Positions 27,424 through 38,655 of a stretch of 64,000 bases of DNA are shown here, piece by piece; the first letter of the stretch is position 1, and every line of letters begins with the position of its first letter. The DNA is taken from assembly GCA_001244265.2 (NCBI GenBank), contig CDLV01000004.1, positions 1,426,001-1,490,000 on the forward strand, written 5' to 3'. Below the pieces are notes generated by a model. The model did no database searches. It worked only from the letters and a program-made list of their open reading frames with translations, and had not been told where the DNA came from. Made by a program: the position numbers and the translations under genes. Origin of the DNA: Microbotryum violaceum (taxonomy: Eukaryota).

Positions 27424-27859
27424 CTGTTGTACAAGTTGATGCCGTTCGTTTGCACGGAGCCCACGACACCAGCCGTGATTCCGATCGAGGCCGTGAACAA
27501 GCTAGTCAGTGCGTACTACTTGACCAAGGAATCCACGCATGTACATGTTTGAGGACATATTCGATAACAACGGATCCACCATGGTGAGGGTTTTCGAGTG
27601 CTAGTTCTGCAAAAGTAGATTTGAGCATCAGATTGGACACGCCCCCCATCCCCCATCCAGGCCATATCCTGTACCACTCACTTTGAGTTGAGAGTGTTGT
27701 GTACACGAGAGCATAGCGCCAGGTGGAGGCAAAGAGAGCAAGGTGTTAGTTGTCTGACTTGTGCTCAACTCTGGCTCGCCTCGGGCGCATGTCTGTTCAG
27801 CTTTAGCGGTGCTAAAAATCACTATGCAAGCGGTTTTTGGAGAGTTGAAATTGTGTGGA

Positions 27860-28290
27860 CCACTCTCCAACTTGGGGCTGAAAGCGCCCGACTCCCAATG
27901 GCTTGCCAACGAGTTCACAACCGACTAGTAGTTGACTCCCGGCCAACTCCCTGCCAACTACGGTCTCGACTTACCCCCAACTCGCCTGACAGTTGCCCGA
28001 CTAAGAATAAGTGACTGACGAGCGTGTAATCCAACTGTCAGTTAATTGCATATGATAGTAGCCGTAGTGCTAGATGTATGTACCTGACGAGCGTGTAATC
28101 CAACCGTGGAGAGAAGACAACGGTTGATGCGCATCGCCAGGCTTCACTAAACAAACGCGCGCTTCTAATCAAATAACCGATAGCCGCCTTCCTGCTAATC
28201 CTCATTCACAACACGCCAACTCTAAGCACCGACTCGGCGGCGACTCCCGTGACCGCTAGCCAATCCCGACTCGCGCCCGACTAACCGTTC
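27860..28290 (+). repeat. Cluster of short CC(A/G)ACT motifs; probable subterminal repeats of the CACTA-like element
   Basis: About a dozen same-strand CCGACT/CCAACT-like hexamers downstream of the transposase. Confidence 0.55.
27987..28213. mobile_element. Probable solo LTR (copia-like) inside the motif cluster
   Basis: Runs TGACAG...CACAACA, flanked by CGCC/CGCC. Internal duplication CTGACGAGCGTGTAATCCAAC. CGTGGAGAGAAG segment resembles the other copia LTRs. Confidence 0.5.
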
Positions 28291-29391
28291 CTTAGAGAGC
28301 TTGACCGCAGGGCCGCGCCGTAGCGCGAGTGGTCAGCTCTCTCTTGCTCCGGAACCGAGCAAACGTCCGAGCCAGAGCCTGCAGCTTGGGCAGCAGGCGG
28401 TGTTTGGTGGACGTCCAAGCTGCTGGTGGATCGTTGGGCGTCTGGAGGAGGGCTTCATTGTAAAGGGTGCGGACAATGGAAGTGAGGTACTCGCAGGTCG
28501 CGTCACCCTCAATCACGTGCAAACCCAGCTTGAATTTGCCCGGACCGATGTCGATTGCGCCCGGCACTTGGAACCGTGCCACAACCATTGAGTGCGTCGA
28601 TTTAAGGACAGGAGCCCAATTCTGTGGTCATGGAAGAGGTTGACCCAATCAGGCGAGACATAGATGCGGTCAAGGCGACGGCACGTGCCGGGCGCTGAGC
28701 GATTTGTCGTGGCTCGTGCTCGTCCTTTGGGATGGTAGAGCCAATAGGTGTCAAAAAGATTGTTGGCCGTGGCAAGGTCGCGCATCTCCTGACCCCCATA
28801 ATTCGTTCCGTTTTGGTTCTCCGAATCGAGGGGCTGGGACTCAACACAATTCCAGTCCCCCGCCAGCGCAGCTCAGCCTGCGGCATCATCGGCCGGACCC
28901 GACCTGTACCCCGACTAGGAGCGCAGGCGGCAAGGGTTCGTCACGTACAACTTGTTGGAGGGCGGTGCTGAGGTGTGAGAGGAAGCATTTTTTGTCTGGC
29001 TTGTCGGAGGAAGGCGCGTATATTGATACAACCCGGACTTTTGAATCACCCACACAAAAGGTGGCGTCGGTGATTCGGTCCGGGAAAGAGAAAAGAGGCA
29101 CGAAGAGTGTTGGGAGGCGACTCGGGATCAATAGTAATGACCACGGAGTCGCTCTTCCAGAGTATGGCAGTGTTGTTGAAAGTGGAGAGAGCGGAGAGCT
29201 TTAAGTCTTGACACTCTCGAGTCCACTGGGCCACCCTTCCGGGGGAAGGTTGGCCAGTTTCGCTCAGCAGAAAGACGTCGGCGTTATGGGAGTGGAGATT
29301 GGAGAAAAGAGAGGCACGCTTACGGTCGTCATTGATTGACTGCATGTTGGCAGCAACAAAAAACACGTTTGGGATCTTAGTTGTGCTCATC
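28291..29391 (-). pseudogene. LINE ORF2 AP-endonuclease domain (frameshifted; RT absent)
   Basis: Motifs AANMQSIN, DVFLLSET, VVSIYAP, RRLDRIYVS. Start overlaps the end of ORF1. Confidence 0.85.
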
Positions 29392-30415
29392 ATCTTGGTC
29401 CATAGCGTCTTCCACGTCCTTGGGAGGTGCTTCTTGGTCTTCGGCTTCTTCGTCGGCCTCGTCGTCGGCGTTGGCGTCATTGGGTCGGGCTTTGGGCGCG
29501 GCTGAGGGCAACGGCGTGGGCGAGGAGGGCTCTGGGGCCGGCTCGGAGGCTTCGAGGGCAGGCGCAGTGGGAGGGGCTTCACGAGTGGCTGGCGTGGAGA
29601 GGGCAGCAATCGACTTGGATCGAGTTATGATCGACTTTGGCGTGGCTGGAGGAGGGCTTGGGGATGGAGAGGTGGTCTCTGAGCAGGGGGACTCGGAGGA
29701 TTTTTTCAACGAGGGAAGAGGCAGTTCCCTGGTTGTAGGCAGGCTGGGGGGCAGCTTGAGTGGCAGTATTGGAAGGGAAATTGAAAGAGAACTCGGGGCG
29801 GGCAGTCTTCGACGGAGAACCGGGCTGAGCTCTGTTGGACAGATCTTCAGTCTGGGCAGCCAGATCCTGTTCCACTCGACGTTTTTTGCACCTTGGCTAT
29901 ATATATAAGCACGCTAAAAGGTGGCGCGCGCAGCGCGCCTCCGACCCTCGCTTCCGCGCGGCGTAGCCATACATGTTGCCCGCCTGTAACCCGGGTTGCT
30001 GAATGGCCCGAGGACTAGCGCAACACGGAGGCTGGTGTGGCCTTCAACACGTTCATCTCATGTACGTGCGAGCTCGTATTGGGGTAATCCAATCTTATAA
30101 ATGCTGCCATTGTGTATAAAGCATATTCGGAAAACTCATTGTCAATTTCTTCTTTAGATTAGTAGCGAGAAGAAGCTCAATTAGAACATTACATCATTAC
30201 CTCATTAGCGGTGGGGATAAGGTAGCATTGATGGACGTGGTTAAGTCACGTGCCGTCTCACCACGCTGGTAGACCGGCCGTAGCGAGCCTGAGCGCGAGC
30301 GAGCAACAGCATTGCCGCTTGACGCGCCGCTATCGATCACGGTCCTGGTCTTACTACTTTCTGTTCCCTCACGCTTTCTGTCCTATATCTTGAATCGAAG
30401 CCCACCGACCATACC

Positions 30416-31002
30416 ATGTGTTGCCTCTCCTGTCTGCTCCCAGCAACGCGTCAGCGTTTGCCGCTTCCACCCGCGGGCGAGGTTGGCACTGCGGTGTGGT
30501 ATGTGCTTCAACACCAGCAGATTTTGGTCAAAGAGCGTCTGGATCGGCTCGCCGAATGCGATGATCTCTCGGTTGTCTGGTTCAGAATACGTTTACCCGT
30601 TTACCCGCAGTTCATGAATTGCGGCCCACGGCATTCGGTTTGATCGGAGGAGTTTTCGCCGGACGGGCGAAACAGGTGTTGCGCCGGTTGCGCAGTAGTC
30701 CACGTCATTTCGGTCGCCGCCTTTCGACGCTGAATAATACTCAAATACAGAGCCTCTTCACTGAGTCGAGCCGCCGCTCATCAGGTCCTGCTGCCGTGGA
30801 CGTGCGCCACACAACCATTGACCTTGACGCATTCCGAAGGGAACTTGGCCTGACCCCCGATCCAGCCGCGGAGCATGCCGAGCGAGACCGCGATGATGTG
30901 TATGAAAGACGAGTGGAAGAAGTTTTGGGTTCACGATCGGAGCACGAGGTCGAGGAAGAAGATGATGCTGAGCTCGGGGAGGGCGACGGAGAGTCGGGCT
31001 GA
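30416..31002 (+). CDS. Possible short or spliced hypothetical gene inside the TIR element
   Basis: Protein-like frames ending in an acidic tail; exon structure unresolved. Confidence 0.3.
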
Positions 31003-31585
31003 CAACCGTTGAAGACTCGGACGACCTCGAGATTCTCGACGAGCCCATGGGCTAGCTAGGGATGGTTTGGCGCATTTGTTGACTGTAGATTATTTGTTAT
31101 TGAAGAACTTTGCTTTTTGTATGCTGCCCATATCGCACATGGTGGAAATGTACGCCAGTGCACAAAAGTAAAATGAATGTCAGCCTTAATCAGGCGTTGA
31201 CGCGTTGACAACCACGATCCCACGAGCCGGTCGCCACCGCCACACTCACCGAACTGCAGTACGTGACAAGCTTGAAGGTTCTGCTAAGTTAAAGACTAAA
31301 ATTTAGTGCGCATTGGTGCTGACATCTGCAGGTTCAGGTTTGGGAACGTTGCCAGAGGGGGGCGGGGGCGGTGAGGATTGGTGTTGCTGTAGTTGTTCTG
31401 TTCCAACAGCACCCCAAAGCATGGGTCCAGACGCGTCCAACGGCGCTCCGTTGTACAGTGCTTGCGATAACATGTCAGCAAAAATCAATGAAATACGTCA
31501 CCGCATACCTACTCCGTTGACGTGATAGTTTATGTAGTCAAGTGAGCAGGGATATCGGTCCATCGGCCAAGGACCTTGTAGGGGC

Positions 31586-32445
31586 TGTGTACTCCCGGGG
31601 GTACACATACACAGAGTCGGCGCGCGACAAGAGTACAAGAGTGTAACCCCGAGGGACCCGGCCTGTGCCGCCGACAAAGCTGTGTACTCCCGGGGGTACA
31701 CAGTCATTCAGCGCGCGGGGTGTGATCATTACCGGGAGTACACAGCGGAAGAGTGGACCGGTCCTGCGTGTCCCCAGGAGTACACAGGCGCTTTCCCGCT
31801 TGCGCCTTGTGTACCCCCGGGGATGCAAAGTCGGTCACCGGTGGCAGATCACTGCATAATAACATATACGAGTCTCCAACGGCGGGAGGTGAATCCTTTC
31901 GGTAACTTCAGACACATCCTGGGTTTTGAGCGGGTGCGCGGAAGTTCATTGTAGTGCAGTTTCGCTCTGCTCTGCTCGGAGGCTGATTTGAACGAAGAAT
32001 TCAGCTAGGGAAGTGCGTTGGCCTTGCGGGCTTTTCAGAGTGCAAGTCGGATGTAGCAAACAAATTTTTCGTTGGTCTCGTCGAAAGAGGTTATTCCATT
32101 CCGTAACCCCAGACACATCCTGAGTTTTGAACGGGGGCGTGGAAGTTTGCTGTAGTGCAGTCAGCAAGGCCGTTGGCGGCGACGGACCGCGCCTGAGCCG
32201 TGGAACCCCAGGGGTACACAGCTGGAGAGGGCACCGGTAGTGTGTACCTCCGGCGGGTACACATCGCCACGCCGGTTGTACAGTGCTTGTTAAGAGTGTC
32301 CTAGAATTTATGAAGCATGTCGTCGCATACCGCTTCCTCATTTCCGGAGGCGCGGGGCTCTGTTGTAGTGTATCTACGCCCTGCCCTAAGGTTAAAAATT
32401 GAACAAGAATTTCCGCCTTTGGAGTGCGTTGTACCCTCGGGTGAA
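31586..32445. repeat. Dispersed array of palindromic TGTGTAC-CCCGGG-GTACACA motifs
   Basis: Near-perfect palindromes at 31586-31607, 31680-31703 and 32240-32263. Partial copies near 31641, 31732, 31769, 31808, 32205 and 32430. Confidence 0.8.
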
Positions 32446-32499
32446 TCATGGTTGCAATGCAGGATCTCCATTGACATAACATACAAGCTAGATGGCTAC

Positions 32500-33707
32500 A
32501 CACGCTCACGGAAAACTCGAGACGGTCATTGCCTAACTGGTGAATTGACACTCATGGTGCCCCATGTCCCAGTATCCAGGCCGCGCTCCAGCTTGCTGAG
32601 GCTGGTCAGCTCGGAGAGGGCGGAGAGGTTGCTTTTGGCCTCCGAGCCGGCTGCTGATCCGTGGTCGGAATGTTGGCCTGTCGCCGAACTGTGTTCCGAT
32701 ATCGCGTCCTCCTCTCGTGCCCCTGACGTCAACGCGGCACCCTCTCCGCTGGACCCCTCTTGCGCATCCAACAATACGTCTCCCTCTGTTTGCTCAACAG
32801 CGCCAACCACCTGTGGGCACACTCAACAATCCAGGAGTCCCAGATCTTCTTCCTTTCGGGCTCTCGGTCCGCATCGGTGGGCGGCTTAGGAGGTTCGGGA
32901 ACGTGGACGAGCACCGTCGTTGCAAATGGTCTGAGCGCTGCTTGCCAGGTGCGATGTTCGCTTTCTAACTGATCCCGGTAATCGTCCGGGACACGTTTCC
33001 CCAGAAAAGGGCGGTACGCCTTTTGGATCCATTTTAAAAGACGGTCACTCCCATCCTGGTCCTCGTCGGTCCTTACATCGTCCTCAGGGAGGGGGCGTTG
33101 GCACTCTTGGTACAGGGGTGAAAGGATTTCACTGAATAGGCGCGATTCCTCATGTTCGGCGGCAATGTCGACGGGGACGGTGAAGATGCGCGCGAGGATG
33201 TCGTCAAAGTCTTGGATGCGGGTCCTATACTCCTTCAAAACTGTTGTGCTCTCTCCACCTCTTTTTCGCTTCTACCCCAGCGCAAAACGCAATATACTGG
33301 CGCAGAAGCGCTGGCCGTTCCAAGCTCCTTAGACGAGCGTCATTGAACACAAACTGCTTGTACGTTTCTTTCTTTGACTGACCACGTGTGGCTGGTTCAA
33401 AACTTTCGACTTGGCGCAGATCAGCCAATGATAATCGCTCGGCGGTTGCAATATAGTCAGGCGCGATTGGCATACGGGATGTTTGATCCGAAAAATATGG
33501 GGCCGGACTAAAGTCGCGTTCATGGCCACCACCATACACGCTGTGACGTTCATCATCCCAATCCATCCCACTCGGGTTGGCGGCTTCGTCGAAATCGGCC
33601 TGTATTGGAGGGGCCATTGGAGGCCGAGGAGACGGCGAGCTAGCTTCGCCACGAGCATGTTCATCGAAGGTTCTTTGCTGAATTTGGCGCGCAGTGTACG
33701 TAACCAT
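32500..33707 (-). pseudogene. Hypothetical gene of the TIR element (frameshifted ORFs 33225-33707, 32729-33238, 32526-32822)
   Basis: Three overlapping same-strand ORFs. A second copy of part of it lies at 1944-2069, so it is repetitive. Confidence 0.55.
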
Positions 33708-34232
33708 GTGCCGGGTTCCGGGGATGTTGGTGCGGATTTGAGCGTCTGAACGAAGGCCTCGGGGCTTATAGTCAGGATGTCCCTCGAAGTAGCCTGTCAG
33801 GTCAGAACTTGAAGCAATTCCATTTATGCCTGCCCATTGTCTGATACAAATGTCGTAGATTGATTCGAGAATGTGTTACTGTGTGTTACAATAGTTGGTG
33901 CTCGTGTTAGAACTGAGGCGGATCTGATTTTGCGCTGAGCGGGGGGAGGCTAGAAGAGACAGCTCTGTGGGCGATTGCACAAGTACTCCCTAAGAATAGG
34001 TCAATCTCATTAGCAAGTTGCCCTAGTCCTGGGGCCCTCCAGCAACCCGGGTTGCAGGCGGGCAACATGTAAGGCTACGCCGTGCGGAAGCGAGGGTCAA
34101 AGGCGCGCCGCGCGCGCCACTTTTTAGCGTGCTTATGTATATAGCCAGAGGTGGTTTGTTGGCCGTGCGGTTGGGGGCGGAGGCCGCGGGGATCGTCTTG
34201 GACCCGGCAGCGGGGGCGGCGGTGGTGACAGA

Positions 34233-34470
34233 CATCAGCAACTTTGCCACTCGCGCTTGGTGCAGTTTGGCGCACCGGAGATTATAGAAAATGAGCTACT
34301 AAAAGTGCGCTTTTGGCACTAAAATGCGCTAAATGGCACTAAATGGCACTAAAGCGCGAGTGGCAAAGTTGCTGATGTGAGTGCCATTTTGTGCCATTTT
34401 GTGCACTTTAGCGGTTTAGCGGCTCGAGATTTATTTAGTGACATTTAGCAAAGTGGCAAAGTTGCTGATG
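34233..34470. mobile_element. MITE, 238 bp, with 19-bp TIRs and a 2-bp TSD
   Basis: Runs CATCAGCAACTTTGCCACT...AGTGGCAAAGTTGCTGATG, flanked by GA/GA. Internal AAATGGCACT/GTGCCATTTT repeats. Excision restores LINE ORF1 (RVPSS|VTTAA). Confidence 0.9.
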
Positions 34471-34563
34471 GAGGAGGGGACCCTGGGGGCTGGACGCGTG
34501 ACGGCCTGGGCAGTGCTGGGTGGCGGTGCTTGCGCAGGACGTGCACGCCGGGGCGACGGAGCG

Positions 34564-37500
34564 AGCCGTTATATGCACACCTGAAGTTTCAATTCGACCA
34601 AGCCAAAATGTTTTTAGCCAAATTGCTCTGCTTTTGCCCGCCCTTTTGGGCCGGTTCGGTTCGGAATAGGGGGGCGGGCTAGGATGCCCAAATGTACTAC
34701 ATTACAAATTCGTCCTCAAATCCCCTGCTCGCCCCCGTCTCCCCATACTCCTCATACTCTCCTCTGCTTAGCCCCCCATGTAGAATACCCTTCCGTCACT
34801 GACTTGCCTGCCTCGATGAAAGCCTCCGCCACCCCAGAGTCCGCCAGCCGTGTGAGAGGGTCGCACTTATCAGCCTCCAACTCCTGCAAAGTCCGAAGCA
34901 GCTTTGCGTGTACTCGTCCGGCCTCCTCAGCGAGCCGTCGGTAGAGTTGAATGCGATCTTCGTGCTCGGCAATGTTGTTGGGTATTGCTTGAAGTGGCGA
35001 AGGGAGCAACAATGACGACGGCGGCAGCGAGGGCGAGACTTCAGAAACATGAGACGATGCTTGAGATGCGAGAGGAGCATGGTCGCTAGTGCAAAGATCC
35101 ACGCGCCGGCGAGTGACACGCGCGGCAAGCCACATGTGCTTGCACGGAAACATGTGGCGAACGAAATCGGGACAATCGCAAGTCGAGATCATGCTCGAGT
35201 CGGTGGGATTGAGTCCAATGGTGTAGCTTGTCTCGATGAAGGTCAAGTCCTCGTCCTCCTGCTCATCCTCTCCGAAAAACGTGACATAGATCTAAAGATT
35301 GGCAAAAAGAAGAAAAGTCGCCGAGGTCGAGTCAGCCAAAGTCTCGACCCCGAGACGCGAAAAAAAATTAAGTTCAACTCACATCACCGTCGTCATCGAT
35401 CTCCGTGATCATATCGTTCGCTCGACTCCACTCAATTGATTGCGCGGTGTTCTGGAATTGAGTCTCGGCCTTACTCGATTGCCGACGAACAAAGCCGGTG
35501 ACAACGAGACTAATCTCTTGGCGGTATGCTGGCTTGGCCTCCATTGTGAGGGTGTGGATGAGCTGATCCGTCCGCTATCGCTGCCCGCGGCCAACGTAAC
35601 GATACTTCAAGATCTTATGCCACGACTCGATGTAATTATTGGTGGTGATTGCGTGATACGTAACCTGTGAATCATCAGACAGAAGGGTATGAGCCGAGGG
35701 AACTATCTCGAGGCCAGCGCGCCGCACCGTAGGGATCGTCGCTTACCTTCACCCAGGCATGAGAACAATTTTCCTTCTTCCTCACCCAATAACTAAGAAA
35801 CGTTCTGAAGAGCTCGGCAGCGAGTGCTTTCTTTCGGGCGGTGAGAGTTGAGGGTTTTTCGCCGGGTTGTTGAGGGCAAGACACCTGAATGAAGATACAC
35901 AAGATGACGTGGTCAAAAAGGCAGCACAGATGGACCCACGGCCTGCTTGACTTTCATTGCTCACCTTCTCAACTGATGCCTTGCGGACGGCCTTGAGCAT
36001 ATGCCATGTACACAACTGTATTTGCGGCTGAGTTGATGCATCTGCAAATGCCATTCGAACAGTCGTAGCTTCGGTGTCGGAGCAGTCCAAGACAAACGTC
36101 TCCGGCGCGAACGACGGAACTGAGCTTCGCACCCATCGGAGCCAATCTATGATGGGATATCTGCAATGTTACAGGTAGGGGATTCACATGAGCACACAAA
36201 GCATACATCGGCAGTAGATTACCCCTGAGTGGGTGCTTAACACTACTGACCGAGTTTCATGAGATGTCAACATCCACGCGACTGGAACACCTTTGCCGGC
36301 GCGCGAGTGCTGGACCACGAGCGAGAACAGGTAGACCTTTGCGCGTCGATCGTCCATGGCATAACAAGTGTTGTGCGTTAAATCCATCATGACGAGACGT
36401 CCGCATTGCTGAAGCACTTGTGACTGCCATGTAGAACACAGGAACACCGCCCACGTCGGTCGGCCAGCGTCATCCCGGATATTTTCGCGAAACTCGGCGT
36501 GCCAACCGTCGGCGCGCAAGCGCTCGATCCAGACGATGACACTATCTCGAGCAGCGGCAGCAAGACGCGACAGGAAGAGGATGTGCTGTCGCACCTTGTC
36601 GTATACGTCCCGGTATTTGACGCGGAGTATTTCCGGTACGGTCGGTGATGAGCCAAGTTCGCCGATCTACGAAGGAAGAATTAAACAAGTCAGGGCCAGT
36701 GGATTGATAAATGCAATGGCTGATGTTTGGAAGCCTACTCACAGTCTCCGCCTCGTCTGCTGATAGTCGCATCATCTTCTTCAGCTTGCTCCATTCAAAA
36801 CCCTTGGAAATAGCCTCGGAAAGCCAAAGCTGAGCCGGAGTCGAAAGTCGAGACCGAAGGAGGTACTCGGACGAGTAAGGGTTATGATTTGTGTGTGGCG
36901 TCATCTTGATGTGGTATATTCTGGGGTCGTCCCGGTCATGGAAAAATGTTATCGCCGCCGTGCAGCCGCATTTGATCGACGACTCTCGAATCCGCTTACG
37001 CATCGATTCTGCTACAGGTCTTGGGCTTCCGGCATAATTGCAGATGTGTTTTTCCAACATCACTCTGCGACGTTGTCCTTTGAGACGAGTGCCGGGATCT
37101 GTGTGGAGAGGAGCAGCCATAGAAGGACAGTCAACAAAACAGTCAGCATGGACATCGAGAGCAACGTGCTGTTCGCGCTGTTTGACTGTCATGAATGCAA
37201 ACGCGATGGAAACCTACTTGACGGTCGATTGGAAGGACCTGCGATCTTGTGGCGTTGCCAATTGATGGTCGCACGTTGTCTCGCCAGCTAGTCGGGGAAT
37301 TCGGCGGCGGGAACCGATGTTGTTTGTATCGATTCGGCGTCAGGCGGCGCAACGAGAGGGCGCGTGGCCTTGTACGACATTGATGAGTCGAAGAGGGGGT
37401 TCAACGACATGGTGTTGGAGTGGTGAAGATCGTTTAGGACTTGCAAGTGCATGGAAGGAAGGGAAAGAGAGAATCGTGTTGAACAGCCCTATTTATTCAT

Positions 37501-37690
37501 GCACGCGGGCAACGTCTACGAGCGCGAGCGGAGCAAACAACAAACGTTGCGCTTGGACCGCGCGCTCATTAGTCACGTGCTGTGGCGACGAACCCGACAG
37601 ACGCGCCTCGAGACAGTCAGGCCGAAACGCGCGGCCGAATTAGGCGGCAGAAATGAAGTCAAAACTCGCGCGCGAGGACAATAAAAAGCG
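34564..37690 (-). mobile_element. Mutator-like element (MULE) without visible TIRs
   Basis: Direct repeat GGAGCG at 34558-34563 and 37691-37696. Excision restores LINE ORF1 (RYPHAP|SPRRA). Carries a MULE transposase. Confidence 0.82.
34752..37330 (-). CDS. MULE transposase, intron-containing; start and integrity uncertain
   Basis: WRKY/GCM1-like SIKCGC...HTNH. DDE region VMMDLTHNT...GKGVPVAWML, then FVLD...QLCTWH. SWIM finger CDCPDF...PCKH. Confidence 0.8.
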
Positions 37691-38655
37691 GGAGCGTGTG
37701 GATAACGCGCCGCGGCGACGGCACAATCCTTACGGACGTGAGCCGCGGAGCGGCAGAAGACGCAATGGCGCATGCCAACGGTGATCCTCAGTGGGATTCG
37801 CTCAGTGACGCCGTCACGAGCAATAGAAAGTGAGGCAGGGGGCAAAATATCTACATCCTTAAGAGCAAGGATAAAGTCGTACACCCCAGAGATGTGTCTC
37901 GTCTTCCCGATGTATTGGATGCGACGGCGGAGGACCGTGCCATAGGCAGCGATCTGCTCATCGAATAGGCAGAGGCCCTCGGGGTCGGAGAAAAAGCCCG
38001 TAAGGGTGCATTGTACAACACCTCCTTTAGTAGAGCTGTACAGTTTCTCGACTTTTCACAGAGTCTTGCCAACAGTAAAGCCGTTGGCAACCAGGTTGTC
38101 GAGATCGGCGGCCTTGGGAAAGCGGAGGCCGCGCTGACCCTTGATGACGCATGGCATTGCGCCGGTAAGGCCAGGGTAGTATTTGTCAAGCGCGAGGAGG
38201 ACTTGCTCGACCGAGGTTGAGGGTGGGGTGTTGATGATGACACAATTCTCGATGTTGTGCATCAGTGGATGGGCAGCGACGGCAGTCGAGACGTTGGCAG
38301 TGGCGTTGCCGTGCTTCGCAGCAGAGCGGGCGCCGACCGCGGCGGAGTATGATTTGGTGGTGGTGCCGAGGGCTTGGCCGGGAGGATCGGGAGGGCCCGG
38401 GCGAAGAGGTGGTATAGAAGCAGGGCTGGCGTTGTTGGTGTTGTTGTTGTTGTCCATGTTGGCGTTCTCCCTTCCGCCCTTTGGAAAATCCAAGACGATG
38501 TGGCCAGTCTCGGCTCGCCTTATTTCCCATTACAAATCAGCGGTAATGCGCAATTATGTCTTTCCTCTGCGCGCGCGGGCCTCCTGGTCGTCGCCGTAAA
38601 CTTCTCTCGCGCTTCGTCTTCAGCCACGTTGGGCAAGACAGCCCAGTACAATACC

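Larger units (their letters stand above)
29889..34153. mobile_element. TIR DNA element with CAC..GTG ends and about 135-bp TIRs; no recognisable transposase
   Basis: 29889-30024 is the inverted copy of 34017-34153. Flanks are TTTTG/GTTTG. Excision restores LINE ORF1 (RTANK|KRRVEQ). Confidence 0.85.
28291..38500 (-). mobile_element. Non-LTR retrotransposon (LINE), 3'-truncated, with ORF1 split by three DNA elements
   Basis: ORF1 pieces at about 38460-37697, 34563-34471, 34232-34159 and 29888-29377, including a CVFCRSAAHVRKDC knuckle. ORF2 endonuclease follows. Confidence 0.85.

Noticed and set aside
29893-30018. Mini-Helitron (TATATA start, hairpin, CTAG end)
   Set aside because: Similarity to the inverted partner extends past CTAG, and both outer ends join the LINE with a TSD, so these are TIRs.
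31586-32445. CRISPR-like array
   Set aside because: Eukaryotic context, degenerate repeats, irregular spacing and no cas genes.
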